A stretch of 51,397 bases of DNA from assembly GCA_018713185.1 (NCBI GenBank), contig DVFQ01000072.1, positions 1 to 51,397 of the forward strand, written 5' to 3'. Shown piece by piece: positions 8,969 to 17,948 of this stretch. Under the pieces are notes generated by a model, which was not told where the DNA came from, ran no database searches, and saw only the letters and a program-made list of their open reading frames with translations. Position numbers and translations under genes: made by a program. This DNA comes from Candidatus Copromonas avistercoris (nom. illeg.) (GTDB lineage: Bacteria > Bacillota > Clostridia > Lachnospirales > Lachnospiraceae). Each line of letters opens with the position of its first letter. The first letter of the stretch is position 1.

Positions 8969-11236
8969 ATGAAGAAACGAGAATTGGCGGCGCTGATTGT
9001 GATGGCCATGGCGGCGGTATCCGCTCTGTTGATCGGAATCGGCGAGATCTACGTAATCGGAGTGGACGGAGACCGTTTAAAGGAGACGGAGACGCTGCAT
9101 CTTTTGGGAGAAACGGCGGCTCTTTTTGCCGTTTTATTCCTGACCCTTTCTCTGATCCGCCGCCGGGCGGCCTGCGCGCTGCTTTTGGGCGCCGTTTCAT
9201 CGGTTTTCCTGTGGCTGCATCAGGCGTTCCTCCCGGTTCTCGCAAGCGGACTATATCTATGCGCCCTGGTGGGGACGGGCCAGATCTTCCTCGGCCTTTT
9301 GGACCGGAAACGTCAGCTGGCCCCGGGGCATCTTGTGACCTGGATGGCTTCGCTGATCTTAGGCTGCGGGCTTACGATCCTTTTGTTCTGTGCGATGTCC
9401 CTTTTGGGCGCCGGAGGGATCGGCAATACGAGAGCCGCGGCCGTCATCCTTTTTCTGGCCGCCGGATTTCGATGGGTTCAGAGCCTTAAAACAAAGGAGG
9501 GGAGCTACCGCCTTCAGAAGCTTTTCCATGAAAGCGGGCGGATCCCGCCGGTTATCGCGGGCCTTTTGGCGTTCATTCTTGCTATGCTGCTTTTGCAGGC
9601 CGGGCGCATGAACCTGTGCATTGACTATGATTCCCTCCATTACAGCCTCCGCTCCCAGTATGTTCTGGATAACGGCGGCGGAATTTACGAGAATCTGGGA
9701 AGCGTCAATGTGGTCTATACGTATTCCAAAGGGCTGGAGATCCTGCTGCTGCCGCTTTCCGGGCTGCCCTCCCACAGCTTTTTCCTGGCCTTCCAGCTCT
9801 GGTTTGCGGCCGGGATCCTGATCGTCTGTCACAGGATCGTAACGCTGTTTGTCAACCGGCGGCTGGGGATCCTCTGCATGGCGGTTTTGGCCAGCATCCC
9901 CGGGATCATGAATATGAGCATTTCCGCGAAGACGGATATTTCGACGGCGTTTTTTCAGCTGTTGATGCTCTATTTTCTCCTGCTGTACACGAAGCGCCAG
10001 AAAAGCAGCTACCTGGTGATGGCGGCCAACGCCTTTATGATGACGATGGTGCTAAAGCCCACCGCTCTGGTATTTTCCACCATTGCGGCCGGAACCGCCG
10101 GATTATTCCTTCTGCTTAACGGCCGTCTCCGTTTCCGGCTCCGGGGAAGCCTGCTTCCCTCCGCGGGCGTCATGGCGGCGATGTGGGGAATGGTCTGGCT
10201 GCGGACCTGGCTCCATACGGGGCTTCCGGTTACGTCCGTCTTTTATTCCATCTGGGCGAAGCTGGGTTTTACGGTCCGTTACCCGTACCGGTTTGACGAT
10301 CTTCCCTCCAACGGAGGCGCGCTTTTTTCTTTAAGCGGGCTTAAGCATATTTTAAAACGGCTGTTCGGCGTCTTGGTGGCTCCGGTGGGAGAGGATATGG
10401 CCCATGTGCGGATCGCCTGGGGGACTCCGCTTCTGGTGATCTTTCTTTTGCTTTTGCTGCTTCCGGCGTTTGTAAAGATGCGCGGGCTGGAGAAGCGGGA
10501 CAAAAAGCCGCTCTGGTGCCTGATCTGGGTTTTATTGACCAACGGAGCGGCGAGCTTAGCGGCGCTGTATCTTTTGTGGCAGGTGGACGGCAATTATTTT
10601 ATTCTTTTGTACACGCTGCTGGCGATGACGGCGGTGATCATTTTGGGCAAGCTTCAAAGCCGGTTCTTGGCGCGCCTGATCATGAAAATGCTGGTCCCCT
10701 TCGCGGTTTTTAATGTTACCGTTACGGCCGTCAGCAACTGGGCCGGAGCGCTGGGGCTCAGTCCGGTGCGCCTTGTCCATGCCGGATACTATGATCACCG
10801 GGCCGAGGAGAAGGAGCGGCTGATCCACTACGGCAATCAGGAAATCTGGGAAATCCTGGCGGAGGATCCGAAGACGCGGGTCTTGATCTTCGGCGAGCAG
10901 CCGGAGCTTTTAAGCTTCCCGTGCAACGCCCAGAGCTATACGGACATTGAGGGCAGCGGGGGAAATTATATGATCACCGCCAGTACCGAGGCCCTTGTGG
11001 AATACCTGATCTTTGCGGATATGGATTATGTTTATCTGGGAAGCGGGTATCTGAGGCCGGGAACAGAAGCCTGGGATCATGTGATATCCATGCTGCGGGA
11101 CGGATATCTGACGGAGCTTACGTACGAAAATGGCAACGCGCTGGCAGCGTTTTGTCCGGAACCGCCGGCGCCGGAGGATCCGGACGGAGCGGTGGAAGAA
11201 TTTTCCGCCAATTACTGGCCTGGGGAACAACAGTAG
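8969..11236 (+). CDS. Large polytopic membrane protein, putative GT-C fold glycosyltransferase
   Basis: 755 aa with many hydrophobic helices. Acidic loop motif CIDYDSLHY follows an early TM, resembling the DxD/ExD...H/Y motif of the first external loop in PMT/ArnT-type GT-C enzymes. Soluble C-terminal ~150 aa. Confidence 0.55.
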   Translation: MKKRELAALIVMAMAAVSALLIGIGEIYVIGVDGDRLKETETLHLLGETAALFAVLFLTLSLIRRRAACALLLGAVSSVFLWLHQAFLPVLASGLYLCALVGTGQIFLGLLDRKRQLAPGHLVTWMASLILGCGLTILLFCAMSLLGAGGIGNTRAAAVILFLAAGFRWVQSLKTKEGSYRLQKLFHESGRIPPVIAGLLAFILAMLLLQAGRMNLCIDYDSLHYSLRSQYVLDNGGGIYENLGSVNVVYTYSKGLEILLLPLSGLPSHSFFLAFQLWFAAGILIVCHRIVTLFVNRRLGILCMAVLASIPGIMNMSISAKTDISTAFFQLLMLYFLLLYTKRQKSSYLVMAANAFMMTMVLKPTALVFSTIAAGTAGLFLLLNGRLRFRLRGSLLPSAGVMAAMWGMVWLRTWLHTGLPVTSVFYSIWAKLGFTVRYPYRFDDLPSNGGALFSLSGLKHILKRLFGVLVAPVGEDMAHVRIAWGTPLLVIFLLLLLLPAFVKMRGLEKRDKKPLWCLIWVLLTNGAASLAALYLLWQVDGNYFILLYTLLAMTAVIILGKLQSRFLARLIMKMLVPFAVFNVTVTAVSNWAGALGLSPVRLVHAGYYDHRAEEKERLIHYGNQEIWEILAEDPKTRVLIFGEQPELLSFPCNAQSYTDIEGSGGNYMITASTEALVEYLIFADMDYVYLGSGYLRPGTEAWDHVISMLRDGYLTELTYENGNALAAFCPEPPAPEDPDGAVEEFSANYWPGEQQ

Positions 11237-11254
11237 AGGGAGAGGAACAGAGGA

Positions 11255-13237
11255 ATGGAACTGGGGGAAAAGCTGGAGCGAGGATGGAGACGGAGTACGG
11301 AGAGCCTTTTGATTTTCGCGGTTCTTCTGGGCTTTGGGTTTTTCATCAACCGGGAAGTAGAGCTTAAGGGACTTTACATGGATGATCTTTATCTGTGGTC
11401 CTGCTATGGGGAGCAGTCCTTCATGGAGTACGTTTTTCCCATGGGCGGGAGCCGGTTCCGCTTTGTTTTCTACCTGGCTTCCTGGCTGGAGCTTCTGTTT
11501 CTGGGCGGTCATGTGGAATGGATGGTTCCGTTCAACATTCTTCTCAACAGCCTGATCGCGTTTTCCATTTACCGGATGTGTCTTTCCTTCAGCAGCGGCC
11601 GGAAGGCGGTGAGCCTGGTCCTGGCGCTGGCATTTTTAAGTTCCCGGATGGCATATTACCAGATCGGCCAGTTTTACGGCCTGATGGAGAGTCTGGGCCT
11701 TTGGGCGGCCGTCGGGATCCTGTATTTCCTGTATCGTTACATGAATGAACGAAATTCCGTCAGCTATTTGTACGGATGTCTTCTGTATTTTCTCGCCAGC
11801 TTCATTCATGAACGGTATATGTCGCTGCTTCCGGCTCTTCTTTTGGCGTTGGCGCTGGCGCCGAAAAGACGCGGGAGCAAGAGATATGAGGATGGAAGGC
11901 GCGGATCTTTAAAGAAAGCCGGCTGGGAAGAGGAGGACGATGGAGAAAACGCCCGGGGAACCGTTCGGGAAACCGCGCAGGAAACCGCAAGAGGGCGTTC
12001 CAGAGGCAGGGGAACCGGGCGCGGCCGGTCCTTTGCGGCTGCCGAATCCGAACTTCCCAAATGGCAGCTGTTTTTGGTCACGCTCCTGGTATTTGGAGCC
12101 ATCCAGGCGATCCGTTTCCTTACGATCGGCACGCTGGCCCCCGCGGGAACCGGAGGAACGGAGGTGGCGGATACCTTTTCCCTGGCGGATTCCATAAGCC
12201 ATGCATGGGAACAGGCGGCCTTTGTATTCGGGCGGAATTCGGGCCCGGATTATCTCTGTATCCTGCCCTATGAGGATTCACCGGACGGGATCCGGCTTTT
12301 GATCCTGTTATCCAACCTGGTGCTGTTTGTATCGGTGGCGCTGTTTGCGGTCTGCGCGGTCAGGGATAGAAGCAGGCTGTTGGTCCACTTGAAAAACGCG
12401 GCGCTGTTCCTTGTGTTTATTGCCATGTGCATCGGTTCTTCCAGCGTTACGATCCGGGTGGAGATGCGCTGGGTATATGTGGTGTTTGCCCTGGCGCTTC
12501 TGTTCTTTTCCTATATGTCCTCGGTAATGGGAAGAGCGGGAGCCCTGGTATTCCTCTATGCCGCCCTTGCCGTTCCCGCGGAAAATTTTTACCGGGATCA
12601 CTGGGACAATTTGTATCTTTGGCCGGAACAGGCGAAGTACAATTCCCTGGCGGAGCAGACCATTGAAAAATACGGTCAGGAGATTTTTGAAAAAGAGGTC
12701 TATATTATCGGCAATACCTATGAGATGAGCGAGTTTACCGCCGAGACCTTTTTAAAGGTCTATGACCGGGCGGGAAGCTACGACGGCAGGAGCATCCAGT
12801 TTATCGACAGTGATCTCGATTTTAAAGAGCTTTCGGAGGACATGGTGATCCTCGCTGAGGATCCGGAGCATAACGCCTACCAGGACGTAACGGATTTTGT
12901 AAAAAAACAGCGGCTCAACTATGCCTATGGAAGTTATGAGGACGGCTGGGTTGACGAACACGCGAAGATCGTGTTTATGAACGGCGAAAGGGATCAGGTA
13001 ACGCTGTCCTGCTATTATCCGGGAACCGTGACCGGCGACCAGGTGTGCCAGGTGACGGTCAACGGGAAGCGGATGCCGGATCTGGTGTTTACGGATCAGA
13101 ATATGACCTATGAGATTCCCTCCGCGCCGTACCAGATGATCGAGCTGGAGCTGTCCTGCAACTTTTACGTTGCGAATGCGAAGGAAACGAGAGGAGAAGA
13201 AAAGCTGGCGATGATCGTCACGATCAACGCGGAATAA
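11255..13237 (+). CDS. Large polytopic membrane protein, putative GT-C-like, with charged low-complexity loop and soluble C-terminal domain
   Basis: 660 aa with an early loop motif LYMDDLYLW and multiple TM helices. A ~65 aa Arg/Gly/Glu-rich insert sits at 11861-12060. The C-terminal ~200 aa are hydrophilic. Confidence 0.5.
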   Translation: MELGEKLERGWRRSTESLLIFAVLLGFGFFINREVELKGLYMDDLYLWSCYGEQSFMEYVFPMGGSRFRFVFYLASWLELLFLGGHVEWMVPFNILLNSLIAFSIYRMCLSFSSGRKAVSLVLALAFLSSRMAYYQIGQFYGLMESLGLWAAVGILYFLYRYMNERNSVSYLYGCLLYFLASFIHERYMSLLPALLLALALAPKRRGSKRYEDGRRGSLKKAGWEEEDDGENARGTVRETAQETARGRSRGRGTGRGRSFAAAESELPKWQLFLVTLLVFGAIQAIRFLTIGTLAPAGTGGTEVADTFSLADSISHAWEQAAFVFGRNSGPDYLCILPYEDSPDGIRLLILLSNLVLFVSVALFAVCAVRDRSRLLVHLKNAALFLVFIAMCIGSSSVTIRVEMRWVYVVFALALLFFSYMSSVMGRAGALVFLYAALAVPAENFYRDHWDNLYLWPEQAKYNSLAEQTIEKYGQEIFEKEVYIIGNTYEMSEFTAETFLKVYDRAGSYDGRSIQFIDSDLDFKELSEDMVILAEDPEHNAYQDVTDFVKKQRLNYAYGSYEDGWVDEHAKIVFMNGERDQVTLSCYYPGTVTGDQVCQVTVNGKRMPDLVFTDQNMTYEIPSAPYQMIELELSCNFYVANAKETRGEEKLAMIVTINAE

Positions 13238-13294
13238 GGAAGATAAATGGATCGGACAGGATGATCCGTTTGTCATATGGTTAGGAGAATTGAA

Positions 13295-14479
13295 ATGGAT
13301 GAAGTGAATATCGTCCTTGGAGCCCTTGCGGCGTTGGCTTTGGCCGCGGCTTCCGGATTTTTCTGGAAACGGAAGAATATCGCGGCCCATTTAAGCCCCG
13401 TCAGGCGGGAGCTGAAAAAGGAGAAGGCCTGGCTGCGGCGCGGGGAGTATAACGCCGCTATGGTAAAAGGCCGCCAGAATCTGGAGCTCCTTTTGAAGCT
13501 GGTGGCGGAGTTCCACGGGATCCAGCTGGACAATACGGCCCAGGCGGTGGCCAATGCCAAGGCCGGGCCGGAAAAGAACGTCTTTCTGGCGCACCGGCGT
13601 CAGGGACGGCGGGTAAAGAAGGTTATGACCCATCAGCAGTTCGGCTGGTGGCTGGACGCCAACGGGTATCTGGACCGGGTCGGAAAGTGGGAGCTGAACG
13701 AAATCCGCTTAATTGGAAATAAAGCGGTGCATGAGAATTATGCTTCCAAGGAGGATGCCTGGAGCCAGTACAATTATCTGGAGGATGTCTTTAAGCTGAT
13801 TTCGGAGAAGAATGCCGGTCATGAGCGAAAGGCCACGGACGCGGCAGAGAAGAAGAGAAACGAAGGGGCTGCGTCCTGCGAGGCAAAAAAACAGATGGTT
13901 CCGGCGGCGAAGAAAGAGACCCAGAAGAATAAAACAAAGAAGAAAGAAGCAAAGCAGAAAGAACCGGCGAAGCCGGAACAGCCGGAAGCCGGAAAAGCAA
14001 AGCAGAAAAAGAAGAAGCAGAAAACGGCGGCGAAACAGGAAGCTGTGAAGAACCAGGAAGCGCCAAAGAAGCAAGAGACGGCGAAGAAACAGGAACCGCC
14101 AAAGAGTCAAGAACCTGCGGAGAAGAAACTGGAAGAAAAGAAACAGGAAGAGAAGAAGCAGGCGGAGCAGGCGCCGGTCAAGCTCAGCGCGTCGGCGAAG
14201 CGGCGGGCAAGAAGGAAACGGGCGAAGGCCAGACAGGCTCAGGCACAGCAGGCGGCGGCCAGCCAGGAGACGGAAGCGCGGAAGGAACCGGCCGGTCAGG
14301 CGAAGAAGAAAGCGGACGCGGCGGCAGACAAGCCGGAGAAGAAGACAGAGGCGGCGGCAGACAGACCGCAGGAGAAACCAGAGGCGGTATCAGGCGCAAA
14401 GAAGCGCCGCAGGCCGCGCAGGAGGAAACCGAAGCCGCAGGCGGCGGGCAATGGAGGAGTGAATGAAGCAGCGAATTAA
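13295..14479 (+). CDS. Membrane-anchored protein with DUF4145-like helical domain and ~210 aa Lys/Glu/Gln/Ala-rich disordered tail
   Basis: ATG at 13295 lies 6 nt after AGGAGA. One TM helix (IVLGALAALALAAASGFFW), the motif EIRLIGNKAVHE, then degenerate KKQE/KKQEP-type repeats and RRRPRRRKPKP. The 3' end overlaps the next gene by 17 nt. Confidence 0.6.
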   Translation: MDEVNIVLGALAALALAAASGFFWKRKNIAAHLSPVRRELKKEKAWLRRGEYNAAMVKGRQNLELLLKLVAEFHGIQLDNTAQAVANAKAGPEKNVFLAHRRQGRRVKKVMTHQQFGWWLDANGYLDRVGKWELNEIRLIGNKAVHENYASKEDAWSQYNYLEDVFKLISEKNAGHERKATDAAEKKRNEGAASCEAKKQMVPAAKKETQKNKTKKKEAKQKEPAKPEQPEAGKAKQKKKKQKTAAKQEAVKNQEAPKKQETAKKQEPPKSQEPAEKKLEEKKQEEKKQAEQAPVKLSASAKRRARRKRAKARQAQAQQAAASQETEARKEPAGQAKKKADAAADKPEKKTEAAADRPQEKPEAVSGAKKRRRPRRRKPKPQAAGNGGVNEAAN

Positions 14480-15971
14480 GGAATGGTGCTATTTCGTATT
14501 TCCGGCAGCAGGAGTCCTGTTTTATCTGGCGTATCTGCACCGGTCTTCCATCGACATGGTTTATTCCGACTATATCCGCCTGATCAATTCATATCTTCCG
14601 GATGTATGGGATCCGGAAAAGTTTTTCGTTCCCGATCTTTTGACCAGGATCCCGGTGAATTATCTGGAGCGGGGAATCAATGTGGAGCTTTTTGGCTACA
14701 GCGTAGCCTTTGACCGGGTCATGGGAGTCTTGGCCTTCGGCCTCTCCGCGTTGGCGATCGGGATTTATGCCAGACGGCAGCGGATCGGCCTTTTTTGGTA
14801 CGGGGCCGCAATGGTGATCATGTTCAGCCTCAATAAATGGGAGATGCTTTACAACGGAACCGGCTGGGCCCATTTCCTGGCGTTTGCCTTTTTCTTTTTC
14901 AACTATGTGCTGCTGAATCGGGTCTATGAGGTGCGCAACGGAAGAAAAACCGTAAACGGCGGCCGGATCAGCGGCCGCTCCTGGAGGCGGATGCTCATTG
15001 GACTTGCGGTCCTCCCGGCGGTGATCACCATCGGGGTCGCCGGCCCCTACTGCGCGATCTACACGATGACCTTGCTCTTGTCCTACGGGTTTATTGCGCT
15101 TAGGAACCGGTTTTTTATGTATCAGGTGCTGAAGGAGCATGACCCGGATTGGAAGCGGGACCGGCGCGCGGCGGCTATTGGGGTCATCGACTCCAGGATG
15201 TGCGCTTTGACGGACAGGCAGATTATCTGCCTTTTGGCGGCGGCGGTCTGGCCCCTCCTTTTATATCTTTGGAGCAATTCCCAAGCGGTTTACGAGCATG
15301 CCGGTACGGTGGATACGCCGCTTCTTACGGCTTTTTTGCAGGAACCGAAATTTTTTATTAAATTCTTTCTGAAATCTTTTGCTTCCGCCGTTTTTGGAGT
15401 AGAATTAATTTCCAGACATATGGCGGAGCTGCCGGATATGGTCTGGTATCTTCTGGGACTGCTGGTGTTAGCGGCGTACTTTTTCGCTCTGTGGATGAAT
15501 TTTTATTACCGGATCTCTGAGTGTACGATCCTGCCGTTAATGCTTTTGGCCGGAGGCGGCATGAACCATCTGCTGATCCTTGTCAGCCGCTATATTTTCA
15601 TGCCCAATGCCGATTACGGAATGAGTTCCCGGTACGCGCTTCAGTACCAGATCGGGATCCTGGGGATCCTGCTTACTTTCGCGCTGGCGGCGCAAAAGCA
15701 GCGGGAAAAGAAACCGGGGCAGGCGGTCCGGCTTTTGGCGGCAGCCGTGACGGCGGTATTCCTCGCGGGAAATCTGATCACGACGGCGGAGGAATTTTCC
15801 TATGGCATCCACCGGAAGAATTACAATATGGGGAATCGGGAAATCCTTTTGAATTTTGAGCAGTTCTCGGACGAAGAGCTGGAAACGACGCTGGAGTATC
15901 ACAAGCCCGGCTGCCGGGAGGCGCTGCAGATTTTAAAGGATCACCAGTGGAATATTTTCAGAGAGCCTTAA
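14463..15971 (+). CDS. Polytopic membrane protein (third GT-C-like / polymerase-like protein of the operon)
   Basis: 502 aa, about 10 or more hydrophobic segments, early motif IDMVYSDYIRL. No recognisable soluble catalytic domain. Confidence 0.5.
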   Translation: MKQRIKEWCYFVFPAAGVLFYLAYLHRSSIDMVYSDYIRLINSYLPDVWDPEKFFVPDLLTRIPVNYLERGINVELFGYSVAFDRVMGVLAFGLSALAIGIYARRQRIGLFWYGAAMVIMFSLNKWEMLYNGTGWAHFLAFAFFFFNYVLLNRVYEVRNGRKTVNGGRISGRSWRRMLIGLAVLPAVITIGVAGPYCAIYTMTLLLSYGFIALRNRFFMYQVLKEHDPDWKRDRRAAAIGVIDSRMCALTDRQIICLLAAAVWPLLLYLWSNSQAVYEHAGTVDTPLLTAFLQEPKFFIKFFLKSFASAVFGVELISRHMAELPDMVWYLLGLLVLAAYFFALWMNFYYRISECTILPLMLLAGGGMNHLLILVSRYIFMPNADYGMSSRYALQYQIGILGILLTFALAAQKQREKKPGQAVRLLAAAVTAVFLAGNLITTAEEFSYGIHRKNYNMGNREILLNFEQFSDEELETTLEYHKPGCREALQILKDHQWNIFREP

Positions 15972-15998
15972 GGGGCGCGAAACAATGGAGGAGCATTC

Positions 15999-16775
15999 AT
16001 GAAGGTAGTTATTCTTGCAGGCGGATTTGGAACCAGGATCAGCGAAGAGAGCCATCTGAAGCCGAAGCCGATGATCGAAATCGGAGAGCAGCCGATCCTG
16101 TGGCATATTATGAAATATTATTCCCAGTTCGGATATAATGAATTTATTATCTGCCTGGGCTATAAGCAGTATGTGGTAAAGGAATATTTTGCCGACTATT
16201 TCCTTCATACCTCGGATGTCACCTTTGACCTGACCAATAACTCGATGAAGGTTCACAATAATTACGCGGAGCCGTGGAAGGTGACGTTGATCGATACCGG
16301 GCTTTATACCATGACCGGCGGGCGGGTAAAGCGGATCCGTCCCTATGTGGGAGACGAGCCGTTTATGCTGACCTACGGCGACGGCGTAGCCAACGTGAAT
16401 TTAAAGGAACTGGAGGAGTTCCACAAGAGCCACGGAAAGATCGCCACGCTTACGGCGGTGAATATTGGCCAGCGGTTCGGCGTTTTGGATCTGGACGACG
16501 CCGGGAAGATCCAGGCCTTCCGGGAAAAGGACGATGACGACGGAAGCTTGATCAACGGCGGATTTATGGTCTTAAATCCCGGCGTGTTTGATTATATCGA
16601 GGGAGACGAGACGGTCTTTGAGCAGGAGCCGCTGCGGAATCTGGCGCGGGACGGAGAACTGATGGCGTTCCGTCATGAGGGTTTCTGGAAATGCATGGAT
16701 ACTCAGCGGGAAAAGCAGCAGCTGGAGGTAATGTGGCAGTCGGGAAAGGCGCCCTGGAAGATCTGGAAAGGATGA
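15999..16775 (+). CDS. rfbF: Glucose-1-phosphate cytidylyltransferase
   Basis: MKVVILAGGFGTRISEESHLKPKPMIEIGEQPILWHIMKYYSQFGYNEFIICLGYK is near-canonical RfbF/DdhA. Confidence 0.92.
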   Translation: MKVVILAGGFGTRISEESHLKPKPMIEIGEQPILWHIMKYYSQFGYNEFIICLGYKQYVVKEYFADYFLHTSDVTFDLTNNSMKVHNNYAEPWKVTLIDTGLYTMTGGRVKRIRPYVGDEPFMLTYGDGVANVNLKELEEFHKSHGKIATLTAVNIGQRFGVLDLDDAGKIQAFREKDDDDGSLINGGFMVLNPGVFDYIEGDETVFEQEPLRNLARDGELMAFRHEGFWKCMDTQREKQQLEVMWQSGKAPWKIWKG

Positions 16776-16778
16776 CCT

Positions 16779-17948
16779 ATGGAGAAGGACATTTTAGAAT
16801 TTTATAAGGGAAAACGGGTGCTGGTGACCGGGCATACCGGATTTAAGGGGAGCTGGCTTTGCCGGATCCTTGTAAACGCGGGGGCGGCGGTGACCGGCTA
16901 CGCCCTCGAGCCGCCGACGGAGCCGGATCTCTTTTCTATGGCGGGACTTGAGGGAAGGATGGAGTCGGTCATCGGCGATATCCGGGATCTGGAAAAACTA
17001 AAGAAGACGTTCGAGGCGGCGCAGCCGGAGATCGTGTTTCACCTGGCGGCGCAGCCCATTGTCCGCGATTCCTACAAGGATCCGGTTTATACCTATGAAA
17101 CCAATGTCATGGGAACGGTTCATATTATGGAATGCGCCCGGCTGTTTCCCTGCGTCCGTTCGCTTTTGAATGTGACGACGGATAAGGTATATGAAAACCG
17201 GGAATGGGAATACGGGTACCGGGAAACGGACCGGCTGGACGGCTATGATCCCTACTCCAACAGCAAATCCTGTTCAGAGCTGGTGACCCACAGCTATAAA
17301 AAATCCTTCTTTACGGACGGGCGGTGCGCGGTTTCCACCTGCCGGGCCGGAAACGTGATCGGCGGCGGAGATTTTGCCAACGACCGGATCGTTCCCGACT
17401 GTGTCCGGGCGGCGGTGAAGGGAGAGGCCATTGTGGTCCGGAATCCTTATTCCACCAGGCCGTATCAGCATGTTTTGGAGCCGCTGTTTGTATATCTTCT
17501 TATCGCCATGGCCCAATATGAGGATCCTTCCTTTGCTGGATATTATAATGTGGGGCCCGACGATGAGGACTGCATAACAACAGGCCAGCTGACGGATCTG
17601 TTCTGCTCGGCCTGGGGCGGGGGCGTATCCTGGATCAATCAAAGCGACGGCGGCCCCCATGAGGCCAATTTTTTGAAGCTGGACTGCTCGAAGATAAAAA
17701 AGGTGTTCGGATGGCGGCCGGCGTTCCATGTGCGGGAGGCTGTGGAGCTTTCGGCTTTGTGGTATCGGACCTGGGCTGAGGGCGGCGAAGTGACGGCGGT
17801 TATGGACAGCCAGATCCGGCGGATGTTTTCGCCCGGGAGAAATCTGGCTGAAAAAGATTTGGCTGAAAAAGATCTGGCTGAAAAAAATCTGGCTGAAAAA
17901 GATTCGTCCGGAAAAGATGGAGGAAATGAAATATGTTTGAGAATATGA
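16779..17948 (+). CDS. rfbG: CDP-glucose 4,6-dehydratase with repeat-containing C-terminal extension
   Basis: SDR fold: VLVTGHTGFKGSWL, catalytic YSNSK. A ~40 aa tail with (LAEKD)n lies beyond the usual end of the family. Confidence 0.9.
   Translation: MEKDILEFYKGKRVLVTGHTGFKGSWLCRILVNAGAAVTGYALEPPTEPDLFSMAGLEGRMESVIGDIRDLEKLKKTFEAAQPEIVFHLAAQPIVRDSYKDPVYTYETNVMGTVHIMECARLFPCVRSLLNVTTDKVYENREWEYGYRETDRLDGYDPYSNSKSCSELVTHSYKKSFFTDGRCAVSTCRAGNVIGGGDFANDRIVPDCVRAAVKGEAIVVRNPYSTRPYQHVLEPLFVYLLIAMAQYEDPSFAGYYNVGPDDEDCITTGQLTDLFCSAWGGGVSWINQSDGGPHEANFLKLDCSKIKKVFGWRPAFHVREAVELSALWYRTWAEGGEVTAVMDSQIRRMFSPGRNLAEKDLAEKDLAEKNLAEKDSSGKDGGNEICLRI
17842..17916 (+). repeat. 15-bp in-frame tandem repeat (about 5 copies) at the 3' end of rfbG
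   Basis: ATCTGGCTGAAAAAG / ATTTGGCTGAAAAAG / ATCTGGCTGAAAAAA / ATCTGGCTGAAAAAG / degenerate ATTCGTCCGGAAAAG, encoding LAEKD repeats. Confidence 0.9.

Noticed and set aside
8962-9489. 175-aa plus-strand ORF overlapping the 5' end of the 755-aa membrane protein gene in another frame
   Set aside because: It is Arg/Gly/Pro-rich out-of-frame read-through typical of GC-rich DNA. The 8969 frame encodes coherent TM helices along 2.2 kb.
17842-17916. Tandem repeats (also 38649-38732 and 47055-47125) as possible CRISPR arrays
   Set aside because: The units are directly abutting with no spacers. They are 12-24 bp long and lie in frame inside coding sequences, and no cas genes are present.
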